Below are positions 55,828 through 64,000 of a stretch of DNA of 64,000 nucleotides, piece after piece. Each line of letters begins with the position of its first letter. The stretch's first letter is position 1. The translations under genes were made by a program, and so were the position numbers. Source of the DNA: Candidatus Buchananbacteria bacterium. Its GTDB lineage: Bacteria > Patescibacteriota > Patescibacteriia > 2-01-FULL-39-33. Location: positions 701 to 64,700 of the forward strand of contig JBAYFY010000002.1 in the NCBI GenBank assembly GCA_041666945.1, given 5' to 3'. The notes under the pieces are model-generated. The model saw only the letters and a program-made list of their open reading frames with translations. It had not been told where the DNA came from and ran no database searches.

Positions 55828-56997
55828 ATGAACAAGTCGGTAGCAATAGCGGTTTGCGCTTGGCCGCCTTTGGGCGGTGGCATTGGCAACAACGCTTATT
55901 ATCAACTCAAAGGACTGAATAAAAATTCCGTTACGGCTCGCGCTTTTACGCCGGCTTATTTTAATCTTGATCGGGATGTTTCTTCGCTCGTTTCTTATTT
56001 GCCGGCGGTCTTGCCCTTAGGCAAAGCCGCTTTTATGCGCGGTTTGAAGCGGCAGCTGGAACACTTTGATATCATTCATTTGTACTGGCCCTTTTTCGGC
56101 GCTGATTTGCAGGTCGCCGCCTGCAAACGCCGGCATCCGGAAAAAAAACTAGTTTTGCATTATCAAATGGATCCGGTCGGCCGGGGGGTTAAGGCCTGGA
56201 TTTTTCGGCTATACGTTAAGTTGTTTTTTGGCTCCCTTATCAAGTTAGCTGACAGGATTTTGGTGCTGTCTTTGGATCATGCCCAGCATTCTTATCTGGC
56301 TCCTTATCTTAAGCTCTACCCGGAAAAATTTTTGGAGTGGCCCAACGGCGTGGATACGGATTTGTTCAAGCCGTTAGATCAAAAGAATAAATTGCGCGCT
56401 CTGAACAAATTTAGTGTTCAAGACAAGATCGCGGTGTTTGTCGGCGGTTTAGACAAACAACATTTTTTTAAGGGCGTGCCCGTGTTGCTTCAAGCATTTG
56501 AAAAAGTGGTCAAAACCGTGCCGCAAGCCAAGTTGCTTATTATCGGCGATGGCAGTGAGCGTTTGAAGTTTGAGGGTCAGGTATTGGATTTGGGTTTAAA
56601 GGATCAAGTGCGCTTTTCGGGCTGGGTGAAGAATGAAAATCTGCCCGCTTGGTATAATTTGTCTGACGTTTTTGTCTTGCCCTCCACCGAATCAACGGAG
56701 AGTTTTGGCATAGTGGCGGCCGAAGCCCAGGCCTGCGGTTTGCCGGCCATCGTCGCTAATTGGCCGGGAGTGCGCCAAACCATCAAACTGAATGAAACCG
56801 GGTGGTGGGTGGAGCCGAAAGACATCAATGATCTGGCCTTGAAGTTGGCCAAGCTTTTGGCCGATGAATCCTTATGCCAACAATTCGGCCAAGCCGGACG
56901 AGAACGCGCCGGACGCCTGTATAGTTGGACTAACTTGATTTTGCGTTTATTGGATATTTATAACTCGCTTTATGTTCCAATGGCGGAAAAAAAATAA
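55828..56997 (+). CDS. Glycosyltransferase family 4
   Basis: ESFGIVAAEAQACGLPAIVANWPG. Confidence 0.8.
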   Translation: MNKSVAIAVCAWPPLGGGIGNNAYYQLKGLNKNSVTARAFTPAYFNLDRDVSSLVSYLPAVLPLGKAAFMRGLKRQLEHFDIIHLYWPFFGADLQVAACKRRHPEKKLVLHYQMDPVGRGVKAWIFRLYVKLFFGSLIKLADRILVLSLDHAQHSYLAPYLKLYPEKFLEWPNGVDTDLFKPLDQKNKLRALNKFSVQDKIAVFVGGLDKQHFFKGVPVLLQAFEKVVKTVPQAKLLIIGDGSERLKFEGQVLDLGLKDQVRFSGWVKNENLPAWYNLSDVFVLPSTESTESFGIVAAEAQACGLPAIVANWPGVRQTIKLNETGWWVEPKDINDLALKLAKLLADESLCQQFGQAGRERAGRLYSWTNLILRLLDIYNSLYVPMAEKK

Positions 56998-57376
56998 TTT
57001 TAAAGCTGCCTTGCTTTGGTTCCTAACCCTGGCTTGGGCGGTTTTTATTTTTTATCTTTCCGCCCAGCCCAATTTTCCGGTTAATTTTACGGTTAACGAA
57101 TACCAGGTGTTTTCTTCTTGGGCGCACATTATTTTGTATGTCGTTTTGGCTTTCTTGACGATTGAGGCCGCGGTGGCGTCAGGCATTAATCGGCGCCAGG
57201 CCTTAGTCGTAGCTTTAGCGATTGGCGCCGTTTATGGCGCTTCGGATGAGTGGCACCAAGCTTTCGTACCCGGCCGGGAGATGAGTTTAAGCGATTGGCT
57301 TTTGGATGTTATTGCCGCGTTTTTAGTGATGTTTTGCTACTCCATTATTTATCGTTTTAAGTTGTTTGACCATTAA
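56972..57376 (+). CDS. VanZ-like membrane protein
   Basis: 4 TM segments with GASDEWHQAFVPGR...DWLLD motif. Confidence 0.7.
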   Translation: MFQWRKKNNFKAALLWFLTLAWAVFIFYLSAQPNFPVNFTVNEYQVFSSWAHIILYVVLAFLTIEAAVASGINRRQALVVALAIGAVYGASDEWHQAFVPGREMSLSDWLLDVIAAFLVMFCYSIIYRFKLFDH

Positions 57377-58535
57377 TATGAAAATTGCCGTTATTCATTC
57401 AATTTATCAACCTTACACTCGCGGCGGGGCGGAAGTGATGGTATCCAATGTTGTCAGCGGGCTGAAAAATCGCGGACATGAAGTTTTTGTTATTGCCGTC
57501 GGTTATGAAAATAAAATGGAAGTGATTGGCGGCGTTAAGGTTTACCGCATCAAGCCGTTTAATCTGTTTAATTTTTTGGCTATCAACGACCAGCCGGCTT
57601 GGCGGCGCTTATTCTGGCATTTGATAGATATGTTTAACGATGTTCAGACCTGGCGAATCTACAAGGTTCTGGCGGCCGAAAAGCCGGAGTTGGCCTTAAC
57701 GCATAATCTTAAGGGTTTGGGCTATCAAGTTCCGCCTTTATTGAAACTATTGAAGATTAAACACATTCATACCATCCACGACATGCAGTTAATCCATCCT
57801 TCGGGACTGATTATTGATGATCCAAAATTCAAATTGAATTTTTTCGTCCGGTTGTATGCCAGATTTTGTCGCGAGCTGTTTAATAATCCCGACGTGGTCG
57901 TTTTTCCCTCGGATTATATTCGACTGATTTACCGCCGTTACAAGTTTTTTACTGAATCAAAAGTGGAAATATTGGGTAATCCGCTGTTAGTTAAACCACA
58001 AAGGACTAAAACCGCCAAAAGCGATATCTTTACTTTGGCATTTATCGGCCAATTGGAACTGTACAAGGGAATTATTGACTTGATCAAAGCCGTTAACCGT
58101 TTGAGCGGCAATTGGCGGTTGCTTATCGCCGGCGCCGGCCAAGCCGAAAAAGAAGCGCGCCGCGTCGCCATTGACAACCAGCGGATCAAGTTTCTGGGGC
58201 ATTTGGATCAGGCGGAGCTTGAACACAAAATTTGGTCAGAAGCGGACCTGCTGGTTAACCCCAGCCGGACAGCGGAAAGTTTCGGCATGGTGGTGATTGA
58301 ATCGTACGCGCATGGCGTGCCGGTGATCGCTTCCAAAATCGGGGCCTTGCCGGAATTAGTAAAAGACGGCTCCACCGGTTGGTTGATCAAACCTGGCAAT
58401 CCCGACGACCTGAAGCGCCAACTGGAATTTATTATTGATAATCGGGATCATTTGACGCCGTTAGTGGAAAAATGCCTGGCTGAAGCGGAAAAATATACGA
58501 TTGACAATTATTTAAATCGCCTCTTAGAATTATGA
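57366..58535 (+). CDS. Glycosyltransferase family 4
   Basis: ESFGMVVIESYAHGVPVIASKIGALPELV. Confidence 0.8.
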   Translation: MTINMKIAVIHSIYQPYTRGGAEVMVSNVVSGLKNRGHEVFVIAVGYENKMEVIGGVKVYRIKPFNLFNFLAINDQPAWRRLFWHLIDMFNDVQTWRIYKVLAAEKPELALTHNLKGLGYQVPPLLKLLKIKHIHTIHDMQLIHPSGLIIDDPKFKLNFFVRLYARFCRELFNNPDVVVFPSDYIRLIYRRYKFFTESKVEILGNPLLVKPQRTKTAKSDIFTLAFIGQLELYKGIIDLIKAVNRLSGNWRLLIAGAGQAEKEARRVAIDNQRIKFLGHLDQAELEHKIWSEADLLVNPSRTAESFGMVVIESYAHGVPVIASKIGALPELVKDGSTGWLIKPGNPDDLKRQLEFIIDNRDHLTPLVEKCLAEAEKYTIDNYLNRLLEL

Positions 58536-59422
58536 AAGGAATTATGAAAGCTCTAATTATCTTCAATCCGACTGCCGGCGTGGCGGCCAAGGCCGACGTT
58601 AAGGGTCTGGTAATTGCTCGGCTTAAATCTTTGGGTTACCAGCCAGATGTTTTAATTTTGGATTTTGATTTTGAAAACAACATGAACGTTTACAATTCAG
58701 CCGGCTTGCGTTTGGTTGTGGCGGTTGGCGGTGATGGCACGGTCAAAGTGGCGGCGCGGGAAATCATCAGGCGCCGACTGGCCGTACCGCTGGCCATTAT
58801 CCCTTTCGGCTCGGCCAATGTTTTAGCTTCCACCCTGGGTTTGCCGTTGGACGCAACCGGGGCTTTGGCGCTGCTTCAAGAAATCAAAACCAAAAGAATT
58901 GATGTTGGCGTGATTAATAACCAGACCTACTTTATCGTCGGTTTTTCTTTGGGCTATGTGTCTTCAATTATTATTCATACGGAAAAGGGTCTCAAGAACC
59001 GGTTCGGTCATTTGGGCTATTTACTAAAGCTTTTATGGAATAAAGTTAGGATTTTCCGCATTAAATTCCGCATTGAAACGCAAAATAAGGTTTTTTGGGT
59101 CAGGGGCAACAGTTTGATTATCTTTAATGCTTTTAAATTTTTCGGCTTAGAACCCAAAAAACCCGTCAGCATCACTGATGGCATTTTTAATCTTTATATT
59201 GTAACCAATAAGACCTTTTTGACTTTGCTGCAGGCGGCTTTGGGCGTGTTGTTTTATGTCAAACCGCCGCGTTATGTTTTTACTTTGGATAATCGTTATT
59301 TTAAAATCAGAGTCAAGCGCCGCCATTTAAAAACCGCCCAAGTGGACGGTGATCGCATTAAGGTGCCGAAAGTAATGGAAATAGAATGCCTGCCCCAGGC
59401 GCTTGAAGTAGTGGTAAAATAA
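58532..59422 (+). CDS. Diacylglycerol kinase catalytic domain (YegS/LCB5-like lipid kinase)
   Basis: LIIFNPTAG ... VAVGGDGTV. Confidence 0.75.
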   Translation: MKGIMKALIIFNPTAGVAAKADVKGLVIARLKSLGYQPDVLILDFDFENNMNVYNSAGLRLVVAVGGDGTVKVAAREIIRRRLAVPLAIIPFGSANVLASTLGLPLDATGALALLQEIKTKRIDVGVINNQTYFIVGFSLGYVSSIIIHTEKGLKNRFGHLGYLLKLLWNKVRIFRIKFRIETQNKVFWVRGNSLIIFNAFKFFGLEPKKPVSITDGIFNLYIVTNKTFLTLLQAALGVLFYVKPPRYVFTLDNRYFKIRVKRRHLKTAQVDGDRIKVPKVMEIECLPQALEVVVK

Positions 59423-59455
59423 AAGCCGCGCTTAAATGGCGGCTTCGGCAAAGTG

Positions 59456-59740
59456 CTAAATTGGAGCAGGTAGATCAGGCGGTTGGCCAGTCGGTTCGTT
59501 GCGGCAGATAATTTTGTGGATCGGCTGTCCGCAAGAGGCGCAAACAAAAATAAGGCATTCTTGGCCGTCATATTGCGAACCTTTCAATCGCGTGCCGCAT
59601 CTGATGCAAACGCATAATTCCTCAATTGATCCGAGGGTTAATAAATCAAGATATTCGCCGCCGCAAAATTTAATTTCCAACGGTTTTCCGCAAGTTGAAC
59701 AAATCAATCGTCCTTGGTTTTCCATGATTAATCCTCCCAA
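59456..59740 (-). CDS. Small Cys-rich zinc-ribbon protein
   Basis: Several CxxC pairs (CSTCG, CIRCG, CASCG). Confidence 0.45.
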   Translation of the reverse strand: MGGLIMENQGRLICSTCGKPLEIKFCGGEYLDLLTLGSIEELCVCIRCGTRLKGSQYDGQECLIFVCASCGQPIHKIICRNEPTGQPPDLPAPI

Positions 59741-59870
59741 TATTATCCGTATCGACGGATTTTTTTGTTGCTTAAAATGTGCTATCTTTGATTATTTTTA
59801 TCATATTTCAAGAGGTTTGGCAAATCGCTTGGTTATGTTATAATAAAGTCAAGAATTAATCATCAAATAG

Positions 59871-61235
59871 ATGGAAATTTCTTTCCATGGCGCCGCCGGC
59901 GAAGTTACCGGCTCATGCATTTTAGTCAAAACAAAAAAGACCAAGTTTTTGGTTGACTGCGGCATGTTCCAGGGCACGCAATTCGCCCGGGAAGAGAATT
60001 TTGAATCCTGGCCGTTTGATCCGGCGGAGATTGATTTTGTTATTTTGACCCACGCCCACGTTGATCATTGCGGGCGCCTGCCCAAACTTTATGCCGACGG
60101 TTTTAAGGGCAAGATTTATTGTACCGGCGCCACCAAGGAACTGGCGGAAATAATTTTGCTGGACGCCGCCAAAGTCATCAAGGAAGAAGTCAGGCGCCAT
60201 GGCGGAGAAATATTGTATCGCGATAAAGATGTTTACGGCGTCGTGCCTTTGTTTTGGTCGCTGGATTACGGCCAAAAACAGAAACTTAGCCCGGATACGA
60301 CCGTCTGTCTGCGCGATGCCGGGCATATTCTGGGCTCGGCTATTGCCGAGGTTTGGATTAAGGAAGGGCTCAAATCCAAGAAAATAGTTTTTTCCGGCGA
60401 TTTGGGCAACCCGCCGGCGCCGATTGTGCGCGACACTGATTTTATTGACGGCGCCGATTATATTGTCGTAGAATCAACCTATGGCGGTCGCATCCATGAA
60501 CCGGCGGAAATGCGCTCTCAAATTTTGCGCCAGTCCATTTTGGATTCCATCGGCCGCGGCGGAGTTTTAATGATTCCCACTTTCGCCCTGGAAAGGACGC
60601 AAGAGGTTCTGTATGAGCTTAATTATTTGCACGAAACGAGGCAGATTCCCAAAGTGCCTGTTTATTTGGACAGTCCGCTGGCGATTGACGCTTTGGATAT
60701 TTACAAGCGTTATACGCATTTGTTTGACGCTGAAGCCAAAGAACGCATTAATTCCGGCGATGCCCTGTTTAATTTTGCGGGGCTGGAATTGGCGCGAACC
60801 GCGGAACAGTCCAAACGAATCAACCGCGTCGCGGCGCCTAAGGTTATTTTGGCCGGCAGCGGCATGGCTAACGGCGGCCGCATCATGTTCCATCTCAAAT
60901 TGTATTTACCCGACAACAAAAGCCAATTATTGATTATCAGTTATCAGGCGGAAGGATCGCTGGGCCGACTATTGAAAGACGGCGCCAAACGCGTAACCAT
61001 TGACGGCGAAAAAGTAGCGGTCAAAGCCAAAATCATCGCTATCGGAAGCTACTCCTCTCATGCCGATCAACCAAAATTGTTACACTGGCTTAAGAGCGTT
61101 GATTCGCCCAGGCCCAAGATGATTTTTGTGAATCACGGCGAAGGAAAATCGTCTTTGATGCTGGCCGACGGCATCAGACAAAAATTGGGAGTGGAAACGA
61201 TTATTCCGGAAAAGGATCAACGATTTACTATTTAG
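59871..61235 (+). CDS. MBL-fold beta-CASP family ribonuclease
   Basis: HAHVDHCG metallo-beta-lactamase motif. Length and C-terminal beta-CASP / RNA-specificity region. Confidence 0.8.
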   Translation: MEISFHGAAGEVTGSCILVKTKKTKFLVDCGMFQGTQFAREENFESWPFDPAEIDFVILTHAHVDHCGRLPKLYADGFKGKIYCTGATKELAEIILLDAAKVIKEEVRRHGGEILYRDKDVYGVVPLFWSLDYGQKQKLSPDTTVCLRDAGHILGSAIAEVWIKEGLKSKKIVFSGDLGNPPAPIVRDTDFIDGADYIVVESTYGGRIHEPAEMRSQILRQSILDSIGRGGVLMIPTFALERTQEVLYELNYLHETRQIPKVPVYLDSPLAIDALDIYKRYTHLFDAEAKERINSGDALFNFAGLELARTAEQSKRINRVAAPKVILAGSGMANGGRIMFHLKLYLPDNKSQLLIISYQAEGSLGRLLKDGAKRVTIDGEKVAVKAKIIAIGSYSSHADQPKLLHWLKSVDSPRPKMIFVNHGEGKSSLMLADGIRQKLGVETIIPEKDQRFTI

Positions 61236-61247
61236 GAAGATAAAATT

Positions 61248-62255
61248 ATGTTAGCCAAGCATTTGTTATTGAAGCGGACAACCGGCGGCCAGCAGCTTTT
61301 TTTGTCATTAGCGGCTTTTTTATTTTTAGTTTTTGCCGTCTTTAAGTTGAACAGCCCGGCGGTTAAAACCCAAGCCGCGGTTTCCCAACCTGACAGCAAT
61401 ACCGTGGGCCGGCTAACTGAAGCTTATTTGGCGGCTAAATACGACGAGGCCAACGCCGTTTTGGTTTCCGGCGCTCCCGTCGCGGAACATCAACCGACTA
61501 TTTTGGAAAAATCCAAAACATCCTGCCCTGACACTGATTTTACCGCTTACGCTTCCGCCACCGTTTATGAAGCGCCGATTGCCGTTTTGATGTATCATCA
61601 TGTCGCCGCCGCGCCCGCAGGCAATCCTTTGCCGGGTCTGTACCACGAGCCGGAATTATTTGAAGATCAGTTGCGGACGTTAAAACTTGATTGTTATAGC
61701 GGAGTTTTTACTTCGGAAATCGGGCGATATCTGCAAGGCGATTATCATTTACCGGCCAAGCCGGTTGCCCTGACTTTTGACGACGGTTATGATGATATGT
61801 ACACCAGCGCTTTTCCTTTGCTTAAAAAATACGGCATGAAAGGCACCATGTATATTATTGTGGAGGCCCTGGGACTACCCGGCTACCTGACCAAAGAACA
61901 AGTTAAGGAAATGGCCGACAGCGGTTATGTGGAAATTGCCTCCCACACCTTAAACCACGCTAATCTCAAAGCCGTATCCGACAGCAAATCCTGGAAGGAA
62001 ATTTATGAAAGCCGAAAAGCGTTGGAAGAGATTACCGGCCACTCCGTTACCGACTTGGCTTATCCGTTCGGTTATTTCCGTCAGCGCGAAGAGGTTTATT
62101 GCCGTCAGGCCGGCTATTTGACTTGCGCCTCAACGTATCAGGGTAAAATCCAATCGTTTGATCGTCGCTATTCGCTTCTTCGTTTGCGGCCCGGCTATCG
62201 TACTGGAAACGACCTGTTAAGCTTTATCAGCAGAAGCGCCGTGGCCAAATTCTAA
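61248..62255 (+). CDS. Polysaccharide deacetylase (NodB homology) with N-terminal TM
   Basis: LTFDDGYDD and IASHTLNHANL motifs. Confidence 0.8.
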   Translation: MLAKHLLLKRTTGGQQLFLSLAAFLFLVFAVFKLNSPAVKTQAAVSQPDSNTVGRLTEAYLAAKYDEANAVLVSGAPVAEHQPTILEKSKTSCPDTDFTAYASATVYEAPIAVLMYHHVAAAPAGNPLPGLYHEPELFEDQLRTLKLDCYSGVFTSEIGRYLQGDYHLPAKPVALTFDDGYDDMYTSAFPLLKKYGMKGTMYIIVEALGLPGYLTKEQVKEMADSGYVEIASHTLNHANLKAVSDSKSWKEIYESRKALEEITGHSVTDLAYPFGYFRQREEVYCRQAGYLTCASTYQGKIQSFDRRYSLLRLRPGYRTGNDLLSFISRSAVAKF

Positions 62256-62347
62256 GCCGGAATTGATTTTTGAACATTTTTAAATATAAAATAAATATAA
62301 AAAAAGAACCAGCCGATTGCTCGACTGGATCTTTTAGCAGGCAGTGA

Positions 62348-62649
62348 TTAGTAGCGTCCATGTCCGCCGGAGAAACCGCCACGGTCTCCCGTGCGTTTTT
62401 CCTGAGGACGAGCTTCGCTGACTTTAATCTCTCTGCCCATCATGTCTTTTCCGTTTAAGGTTTCAATGGCTGTCTGGGCTTCCTCATCAGAGGACATTTC
62501 CACAAAGCCGAATCCCTTAGACCGTCCGGTTTCCCGGTCGGTGATAACAGAGGCTGACACAACGGTACCGGCGGGGGAAAAGAAATCCTTCAAATCATCA
62601 TTGGTAGCGCTATAAGCGATTCCGCCGACATAAAGTTTGCTGGTCATAG
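62348..62649 (-). CDS. RRM-type RNA-binding protein with Gly-rich tail
   Basis: RNP-2 LYVGGI and RNP-1 KGFGFVEM motifs. Start taken at MTSKLYVGG. Confidence 0.85.
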
Positions 62650-62834
62650 TTGTAGCTGTTTTTAATTTTAATTTATCCGTTGGCCAGACCTTTAGCACTT
62701 AAACATGGTTTAGAGAATGCACTTAAGTAGTTAACCTACGAACACTTTAAGTATATCACAGATTAATTAAAAAGTCAATAGCCGAGTGATTTTGACGTAT
62801 TTATTGGCAAATATCATTATTATCGCTAATAGCC

Positions 62835-63266
62835 ATGACGCTTATCATTAAAGTAAAAAAATTATCACCTAAAGCCAAATTGCCCCAATATGCCCACCCG
62901 GGCGATGCCGGCATGGATGTCTGCGCCGTTAGCAAGAATGAAACCGGCAAATACGTGGAGTATGGCACGGGCTTGTCATTTGAATTGCCGTACGATCACG
63001 TGTTGCTTTTATATCCCCGAAGCAGCGTAACCAATACCGACTTAATGCTGGCTAATTCCGTCGGCGTTCTGGACTCGGGCTACCGAGGCGAGCTTAAAGT
63101 AAGGTTCCGCAAGTCCGGAGATAACGACTATAATATCGGCGACCGCATCGCCCAGATCATTATCTTGCCTTTTCCGCAGGTGGAGTTTTCCGAAGTTGAG
63201 GAATTGTCAGCAAGCAAACGGGGGAGCGGCGCTTTCGGCTCAACCGGAGTAAGCGATACGTTATGA
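62835..63266 (+). CDS. dut: dUTP diphosphatase
   Basis: AHPGDAGMDV, RSS, GVLDSGYRGEL and C-terminal RGSGAFGSTG motifs. Confidence 0.88.
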   Translation: MTLIIKVKKLSPKAKLPQYAHPGDAGMDVCAVSKNETGKYVEYGTGLSFELPYDHVLLLYPRSSVTNTDLMLANSVGVLDSGYRGELKVRFRKSGDNDYNIGDRIAQIIILPFPQVEFSEVEELSASKRGSGAFGSTGVSDTL

Positions 63267-63390
63267 AAACCCGCGCTAAAATCGGCAACAAACAAGGCAA
63301 TCCGGCATACCGCACTGCCGCCACCTTCAGGCATAATAAGTTTTTTGATATCGGCGCGGTCAAAGCGAAAAATTCGGCCGTAAAAAATAA

Positions 63391-63424
63391 AAGCCCGTTT
63401 TGGCCAGGATGCAAAACGGGCAAT
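63391..63424 (-). terminator. Terminator of the minus-strand membrane protein gene
   Basis: gcccgtttt-loop-aaaacgggc 9-bp stem with a T-run on the minus strand. Confidence 0.55.
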
Positions 63425-63444
63425 GAAAAAGAACCGAATAATGA

Positions 63445-63864
63445 TTAAGGAGCTTTTTCCAGTTGAGGATCAAAAATAATAATGGCGTTTTTGCTGGACA
63501 ACAGCTTGACGATTTCTTGCCAGCTTTTACCGATCTTTTCAGCGATGGCCTGGCATTTTTTTTCCAGTTGTTGCGCCGGCAAGCTTATCCACCAAGCGCG
63601 ATCGCCTCTGATTTTTCCTTCGGTTTCATACTCTTGAACCGCGGCGATTTCTTGATCTTGCTGGATGTTGGATTTAGTCATTGTGATTTTTCTGGCTTGA
63701 TATGAGCTGAACCCGGCGCATAGCAGAAGCGCTAAACCAATTGCAATACTGGCCATCCCCGTCTTTTTCTCTTTTGAAAATAACAGAGAAAATCCCAGCG
63801 TGATGAATACAAGAGAAAACGTTCCCGATATGGCATAAATAATAATTAAGATATCCAGAAGCAT
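63445..63864 (-). CDS. Hypothetical membrane protein
   Basis: 139 aa with 2-3 TM segments. Confidence 0.5.
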   Translation of the reverse strand: MLLDILIIIYAISGTFSLVFITLGFSLLFSKEKKTGMASIAIGLALLLCAGFSSYQARKITMTKSNIQQDQEIAAVQEYETEGKIRGDRAWWISLPAQQLEKKCQAIAEKIGKSWQEIVKLLSSKNAIIIFDPQLEKAP

Positions 63865-64000
63865 TTGTTCTCCTTTTGCCCGTATGGGGCGATTGATTTT
63901 TCAAAGTGCTTTTAACTCAATTGACAACTTTCAAATCATTATATATAATAATGGTTTGTTTGTCAAGTATTATGCCCAAAACATTATTTCAATTAAAATC

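Noticed and set aside
63263-63448. 61-aa basic ORF after dut that looked like it could be a small ribosomal protein
   Set aside because: It does not match any ribosomal protein family I know, and it contains the hairpin terminator (63391..63424) of the convergent minus-strand gene.
63927-63956. Near-consensus promoter TTGACA-17-TATAAT at the window edge
   Set aside because: Its target lies outside the window, so it cannot be assigned. Not reported as a feature.

Overview
This 64-kb window reads like a small-genome, probably anaerobic, Gram-positive-type bacterium. My inference is Candidate Phyla Radiation / Patescibacteria-like, from the compact genes, sigma-70 TTGACA-N17-TATAAT promoters, the rubrerythrin plus superoxide reductase pair, and the many GT4 glycosyltransferases; I ran no database search. 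The backbone genes are clear: a division/cell-wall (dcw) fragment (murD-ftsW-X-murG-murC ... murB), hpf, secA, mutM, uppP, mltG, dnaG-rpoD, a glycosyltransferase/HAD/NUDIX cluster, a beta-CASP RNase and dut.

Three regions stand out:
1. A low-GC island of about 6.7 kb lies immediately 3' of a tRNA-Asn(GUU) gene, bounded by about 26-bp direct repeats, with no integrase visible. It carries a controller-protein / putative restriction endonuclease / DNA methyltransferase module whose methyltransferase is fused to a complete LexA-like domain (HTH plus S24 autopeptidase). It also carries an Abi_2/HEPN-like protein, a UDG-superfamily-like protein and a SEC-C-motif plus HEPN protein.
2. Directly next to the island is a 1054-aa protein with clear resemblance to the eukaryotic major vault protein: N-terminal repeats, a shoulder-like segment and a cap-helix coiled coil. 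It has tandem repeats upstream and its own terminator.
3. Two copies of a MITE-like element of about 100 bp with terminal inverted repeats sit in inverted orientation around a 5-kb segment holding rubrerythrin, desulfoferrodoxin, three unknown genes and dnaG.

Also notable:
- An 84-bp promoter-bearing repeat occurs once driving the tRNA-Asn and again 10.5 kb away driving a short unknown transcript.
- A membrane protein is paired with a soluble VirD4/TraD-like ATPase that carries an RD-repeat tail and a zinc ribbon.
- Two uncharacterised genes are inserted into the dcw cluster.

All functional calls are motif-level readings of the translated ORFs and need profile or structure confirmation.
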